From a virus, in the IMG/VR virus record IMGVR_UViG_3300030060_002740, positions 28,414 to 92,413 of that record: 64,000 nucleotides of DNA, one strand, 5' to 3'. Of the stretch, positions 58,763-64,000 are shown piece by piece. Every line of letters begins with the position of its first letter. Position 1 is the stretch's first letter. A model generated the notes under the pieces. It had not been told where the DNA came from. It saw only the letters and a list, made by a program, of their open reading frames with translations, and did no database searches. The position numbers and the translations under genes were made by a program.

Positions 58763-61700
58763 TGTCACTAAGAACTAATCCAAATTTTATCAGCACATTG
58801 TCTGCTTCTCCCACACTCAGAATAACTGATGGAACAGACAGTTTGCATAGTGGTCTGATTAATTCATTGAATATCGCTACTGGTGGTAATAGAATAGTAA
58901 ACGGGTTTAACATTACATTATCTCAGGGAACAACTTACACAGTTTATACGATTTCTTCGGCAACCAATACATATCTTAGAGATGGTATTTTCTCTACTAT
59001 CGCACAAAACACCGCAGTAACTCAATCAATTACAATGGCTTCATCGAGTAGTCCAACATATCTAATGTTGGTAATTGCATCAGGAAGTCCTGATACCCTT
59101 GCTTTGAGAGAACACACTGTTGCTAACAAGGTAGCCCCTCTATCAGCAGATGATATTCCAATAGCAATAATAGAAGTTGCAGCAAACAGTTCTGCAAAGG
59201 CCACGGATAGAAGAGTCCAGTTCTTAGGGTATGAACAAACAAATCAAGGTCTTAGTATAATAGATAACAATGCTGAAACACTGAAAATAAATAAAGAGGG
59301 AACTATAACTAAGGGAGGACAAACAATTACCTTCCCTTCATCAGCAGGTACTCTTGCTCTTACATCGGATATACAATACACTTCTGCAATACCAAATGCA
59401 ACTGCATCTCAAACAGGTTTGGCTACATCTACTCAGATAACTAAGTTAGATGGAATCGCCGCCAATGCAAACAACTACTCTCTTCCTACTGCGGCTGCGG
59501 GAACATTAGGTGGAATAAAAGTAGGAACTAATCTCAGCATAAATGGTAGTGGTGTCCTTTCTGCTACTGATACTAATACTCAACTAAGTAATGAGGAAGT
59601 TCAAGATATTGTAGGTCAAATGTTTGATGGAAACACCGAAACAGGAATCAGTGCAACATATCAAGATGGTGACGGAACTATTGACCTAAGCGTTACTGCA
59701 TTGAATGATGATGTTAGTGTAAGCAATTTGGAAAGTAGACTACCACAAATAGACACTCCTGTAACAATAGGAAATGGTGTAGGAGTTACAATGGGAGGTA
59801 ATCTAACTGTTAGCGGTAATCTTACAGTAGCCGGAGAAACAACTACACTTGATGTAACTAACCTAGCAATAGAAGACCATACTATAATACTGAATAAGAA
59901 CCAAACAGGAAACTCAAACACTGATGCAGGGGTAGAGGTAGAAAGAGGGGACTACACAAATGTTCAGATTAAGTGGAATGAAACAACTGATAGGTGGACT
60001 TTCACCAATGATGGTAATAATTTCTTTAACATACCAATACCCTCAGAACTAGCAAACCCATACACTCATCCAACATACTCTACAACTAACATTGATACGA
60101 CTGGCGCAGAAATAGTAGATAGCATAACCACTAACTCTACTGGACATATTACTGCAATGGCTAAGAGAACACTAACTCTTGCTGACTTAGGGTATACAGG
60201 AAGTACAGATGCAAACACATATGTTCACCCTAATCACTCAGGAGATGTAACTTCCAGTGCAGATGGTGCAACTACAATATCCGCTAATGCAGTTACCACC
60301 GCTAAGATATTGAATAGTGCGGTAACTGCTGATAAACTAGCAAGCAACTCAATTACAAATGTCAAGGTAGATTCTAACGCTGCAATTGCACAAAGCAAGA
60401 TTAGTGGTTTAGTTGCATCTCTTGCTGGAAAAGAACCTGCTCTCACTATCAGTGATGGTCTTGATAGAACAGGTACTACATTGAAGTTAGACATAACAGG
60501 GCTAACTAATGAAAATGCGATAGACAGAACTGCCGACTTTATTGCTTACCACGACAATTCTGTTGGTTTGAGAAAGGTAAATCTTGCAAATGTATTCTCA
60601 AAACTAACTGCAAGTGACATTCCTGATTTGAGTGGTTCATATCGAGCAGTTGGAACGCAGATAGTAAATGCTGATGTTAGTAATACTGCGGCAATAAGTG
60701 CAGATAAGATTGCGGCGGGAACAACCAACAAACTATTCACAAGCACATTAGAGGCAAAATTAGCAGGTATTGCAACAGGTGCAGAAGTCAACGTTCAAGC
60801 AAATTGGAGTGAATCGAGCAATAGTTCTGATGCGTATATTCAGAACAAACCAACAATACCAAGCGGTAATCAGATTATTGATTGGACTGCAAGTGGAGCG
60901 GGAACGATTCATGCTTCAAACTACACCAATACAACATACTCTGTTGGTGATGGTGGGTTATCACAAAAGAACTTCACCACTGCTTTGCATGATAAGTTAG
61001 TTGGAATCGCAGCAAACGCCAACAACTTCTCTCTCACAAATGGTTCTGTAACTAATGCTCACCTTGCAGGTAGTATTGCTAATTCCAAACTGGATGATAT
61101 AGCACAAAGCAAAGTAACTGGATTAGTGACTGCTCTAAACTCTAAGGTTGAGAATCTTGGTGATTTGAGTGTAACTGCATCTGCTTCTGAACTTAACATA
61201 TTGGACGGTGTAACAAACGTAAGTGCTACTGAGATAGGCTACTTGGATGGAGTTACCTCATCAATACAAACTCAATTGAACTCTAAACTCTCTTCACTAG
61301 CAGTTACAGGATTAAGTGATATTTCTACTTTTGATACTAGTATAGGCAGTGGAGCGTCAAACAGTGGATTAGCAAGCACTCTAGCGATTAAGACCTATGT
61401 AGATGGCAAAGCAACAGTTGACACTACTTACTCACTAACAACCGCAGATGGAACAGATACTAATGGGGATGACGACCCTACATTCAAGACAATCAATCTT
61501 GCTGATAACACAAGTGGTTCAGGTAGTGTAGTTCACTTAGCGGTAGGAGCAGGTCTTGGTATCTCAAGAAATGCCGCCAACAACACACTAACATTGACCA
61601 ATACTGGTAGTTCTCTAACAAAGGCAACACTAACACCCATTCTTGCCTCTTACAATGGAACAGATACATTGAACATAGGAGATACAGATAATGATACTAC

Positions 61701-64000
61701 TGTAAATATTAGGGGTAATCTAAATGTCTTGGGGACTACTACAACTGTAAACCAAACCCAAGTTAATGTTCAGAATGCTTTTGTCTTTGAGGGTGCTAAT
61801 GCTAATGACTATGAAACCACTTTGACAATTACAGAACCTACTGCTGATAGAACAATCACTCTACCGAACATAACTGGAACGGTAATTACTTCGGGGGATA
61901 CATCAACTATCACTAATAGCATGATAGCAAGCACTGCAATCACTAGTGCTAAACTTGCAAGTAACGCTGTATTGACAAGTAAAATAGCATCAAACGCAAT
62001 AAGCACTGCAAAGATTGCTAATAGTGCAGTAACCTCTGATAAGTTAGCAGCGTCTTCTGTAACCACTGCTAAACTCAACGATGACTCAGTTACCGTAGAT
62101 AAGATAGACGGTGTAACTTCTTTTGGTAGTGGAAGCATTATCAGTTCTGCTGAGAGAACGAAACTAACTGGAATAGAAACTTCTGCTGATGTTACTGATG
62201 CAACAAACGTAGCCTCCGCCGGAGCAGTAATGGATTCAGATTTCAGTTCTAATGGGTTCATGAAAAGAACAGGAGCAGGTAGTTATACTGTTGATAACAA
62301 CACATATCTCACTTCTTTAGCAGTTACAGGACTCTCAGACATCAATGCCTTTGATACCGATTTGAGTAGTGTCAGTGCATCTCACGATACTTTGGCTTCT
62401 GCTAAAGCAATAAAGGCATACGTGGATGCTAATGGAGGAGGAGGAGGGGGAGGCTCTTTCAACTCATTCTACCTATTAGATGGAACAGGAACAAGCGTAA
62501 ACGTCACTGATGGAAAGTACGTTCAATTTACACAAGGAACAGGAATAACCGCTACATGGACTGATACTAACAGTGGAGCATCAACTGACCCATTTGACAT
62601 CACACTTACAAACACAGGTGTAACATCTAATGTTGCGGGAACGGGAATAGGGGTAAGTGGTGCTACTGGTGCAGTAACAATAACAAATACAGATTTGGGT
62701 TCTTCACAGAACATATTCAAGACAGTAGCAGTTAGTGGACAAACTAATATCGTTGCAGATTCCAATAGTGATACTCTCAACTTCGTTGGTGGAACAAACG
62801 TAACAATAGCAACTGATGCTTCTACGGATACAATTACAATCAATGCTGCTGATACAAACACTCAGATTAGCCAAGAACAAGTTGAGGATTATGTTGCGGG
62901 ACTGCTTACAGCAGGTAGTAACATTACTTTGAACTATTCCGATAATAATGCTTCAGCAGGTACTCTTACAATAGCGGGAACTGCTAACGATGACGTATCT
63001 GTTACGAATCTAAAGTCTGCTCTTAACTCAGATTTTGGTGGAGATTTCACCATTGGTAATCAGTCAGACGATACTGTAACTGTCAGTGGTTCACTTACTG
63101 TTGGGGCTGATTTGATTGTCAGTGGGGATACTGTAACTGTAAATACTTCAACTCTAACAGTAGAAGACCCGTTGATTTCTCTTGGGAAGAACAATTCTGC
63201 TGATTCTGTTGACTTAGGATTCTATGGAAGGTACAATGATGGAAGTAATATTCGATACAGTGGTTTGTTCAGAGATGCTTCAGATAACGACAAGTGGAAG
63301 TTATTCTCATCAACAGGTAACTCAAATGCAGAACCTACAAGCACAGTAAACACAACGAGCGGTTTCGCATTAGGAACACTAGTCGCTTCTACCTTTGAAG
63401 GTGGGTTAGTTGGTAATGCTACTACTGCAACAACATTGGCTACTGCGCGAACAATAGCAGGTGTATCTTTTGATGGTTCAGCAGACATAGCATTGCCTTT
63501 GAACAACCTCACAGGAACACTTGCAGTTTCAAGAGGAGGAACAGGATTAACTTCTATTGCTTCACTATTGAACAGTAACGTATCACTAGCGGTTGCAGAC
63601 TTATCTGATATTGCTTCCCTTGATACTGATATAAGTTCAGTTAGCGGTAGTGATGACACTCTTGCTTCTGCTAAGGCCATCAAAACGTATGTAGATGCTC
63701 AGTTTGCAGGTGCAGGTTCAGGAGATATGACTGGTGTTGATATCACCGCAGGTAACGGTATCAGCGTAACTCAAAACAATGTATCGAGCGGGAACTATAC
63801 TGCAACTATTTCCGCATCAGGAATAACCACTGCACAGTTAGCGGGTACGGCTCTACAAACAAGTTCAGAATCTTTCAACAACAACGATACGAGTTTGATG
63901 ACTTCTGCTGCTATTGAAGATAAGATTCTATCATACGGATATGGAACAGGTAGTGGTGATGGGGACATAACCAGTGTAGTTGCCGGAACAGGTTTGAGCG
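58762..64000 (+). CDS. long tail fibre protein (>1745 aa, truncated by the window end)
   Basis: Missing from the ORF track, presumably because there is no in-window stop; ATG overlaps the previous TAA; spot checks of the frame show no stops; T/S/G/A-rich with AVTTAKI pentapeptides, KTKLTGI and AIKTYVD fibre motifs. Confidence 0.8.
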   Translation, partial: MSLRTNPNFISTLSASPTLRITDGTDSLHSGLINSLNIATGGNRIVNGFNITLSQGTTYTVYTISSATNTYLRDGIFSTIAQNTAVTQSITMASSSSPTYLMLVIASGSPDTLALREHTVANKVAPLSADDIPIAIIEVAANSSAKATDRRVQFLGYEQTNQGLSIIDNNAETLKINKEGTITKGGQTITFPSSAGTLALTSDIQYTSAIPNATASQTGLATSTQITKLDGIAANANNYSLPTAAAGTLGGIKVGTNLSINGSGVLSATDTNTQLSNEEVQDIVGQMFDGNTETGISATYQDGDGTIDLSVTALNDDVSVSNLESRLPQIDTPVTIGNGVGVTMGGNLTVSGNLTVAGETTTLDVTNLAIEDHTIILNKNQTGNSNTDAGVEVERGDYTNVQIKWNETTDRWTFTNDGNNFFNIPIPSELANPYTHPTYSTTNIDTTGAEIVDSITTNSTGHITAMAKRTLTLADLGYTGSTDANTYVHPNHSGDVTSSADGATTISANAVTTAKILNSAVTADKLASNSITNVKVDSNAAIAQSKISGLVASLAGKEPALTISDGLDRTGTTLKLDITGLTNENAIDRTADFIAYHDNSVGLRKVNLANVFSKLTASDIPDLSGSYRAVGTQIVNADVSNTAAISADKIAAGTTNKLFTSTLEAKLAGIATGAEVNVQANWSESSNSSDAYIQNKPTIPSGNQIIDWTASGAGTIHASNYTNTTYSVGDGGLSQKNFTTALHDKLVGIAANANNFSLTNGSVTNAHLAGSIANSKLDDIAQSKVTGLVTALNSKVENLGDLSVTASASELNILDGVTNVSATEIGYLDGVTSSIQTQLNSKLSSLAVTGLSDISTFDTSIGSGASNSGLASTLAIKTYVDGKATVDTTYSLTTADGTDTNGDDDPTFKTINLADNTSGSGSVVHLAVGAGLGISRNAANNTLTLTNTGSSLTKATLTPILASYNGTDTLNIGDTDNDTTVNIRGNLNVLGTTTTVNQTQVNVQNAFVFEGANANDYETTLTITEPTADRTITLPNITGTVITSGDTSTITNSMIASTAITSAKLASNAVLTSKIASNAISTAKIANSAVTSDKLAASSVTTAKLNDDSVTVDKIDGVTSFGSGSIISSAERTKLTGIETSADVTDATNVASAGAVMDSDFSSNGFMKRTGAGSYTVDNNTYLTSLAVTGLSDINAFDTDLSSVSASHDTLASAKAIKAYVDANGGGGGGGSFNSFYLLDGTGTSVNVTDGKYVQFTQGTGITATWTDTNSGASTDPFDITLTNTGVTSNVAGTGIGVSGATGAVTITNTDLGSSQNIFKTVAVSGQTNIVADSNSDTLNFVGGTNVTIATDASTDTITINAADTNTQISQEQVEDYVAGLLTAGSNITLNYSDNNASAGTLTIAGTANDDVSVTNLKSALNSDFGGDFTIGNQSDDTVTVSGSLTVGADLIVSGDTVTVNTSTLTVEDPLISLGKNNSADSVDLGFYGRYNDGSNIRYSGLFRDASDNDKWKLFSSTGNSNAEPTSTVNTTSGFALGTLVASTFEGGLVGNATTATTLATARTIAGVSFDGSADIALPLNNLTGTLAVSRGGTGLTSIASLLNSNVSLAVADLSDIASLDTDISSVSGSDDTLASAKAIKTYVDAQFAGAGSGDMTGVDITAGNGISVTQNNVSSGNYTATISASGITTAQLAGTALQTSSESFNNNDTSLMTSAAIEDKILSYGYGTGSGDGDITSVVAGTGLS

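Noticed and set aside
15180-64000. Many minus-strand ORFs over the structural genes (and plus-strand ORFs over 1-9500)
   Set aside because: They are antisense shadows of long real genes, S/L/F-rich, with no motifs or RBS.
1-64000. tRNA genes, integrase/recombinase, reverse transcriptase (DGR)
   Set aside because: No cloverleaf, tyrosine or serine recombinase, or RT motifs were recognised by eye in this window.

Overview
This window is about 64 kb of a tailed archaeal dsDNA virus (Caudoviricetes, siphovirus-type tail). It most likely infects marine Euryarchaeota (Marine Group II/Poseidoniales, 'magrovirus'-like); that is an inference from the TFB homolog, the archaeal-type TATA and GGAGG/GGTGA signals, and the ATP-dependent ligase inside the head module. 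Layout: (1) 1-9570, a leftward block with a ThiF/E1-like enzyme, TFB, class II ribonucleotide reductase, a ubiquitin-like protein and a pyrimidine-dimer glycosylase-like protein; (2) 9570-10860, non-coding, with a hairpin-dense segment and an AT-rich strand-switch region; (3) 10865-15102, six gene cassettes in mixed orientation, bounded by seven copies of a ~36-bp palindrome (ACAAAGT-N5-7-ACCATATGGT-N5-8-ACTTTGT), the outer two being half-sites; (4) 15180-64000, the rightward morphogenesis region (TerS candidate, TerL, portal, ligase, protease/scaffold, MCP, small-GTPase/membrane module, neck, tail tube, frameshifted chaperone, tape measure, tail tip, and a >1700-aa fibre running off the window). 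The most striking unexplained signals are the palindrome-delimited cassette array and a W-x-[D/E/S]-[I/V]-[L/I]-[K/R] peptide found mostly at the ends of about 16 unrelated head-region proteins and at the scaffold C-terminus, a candidate capsid-targeting signal. A viral ubiquitin-like module and an Arf-like GTPase module also stand out. All calls are by-eye motif recognition; no database searches were run.
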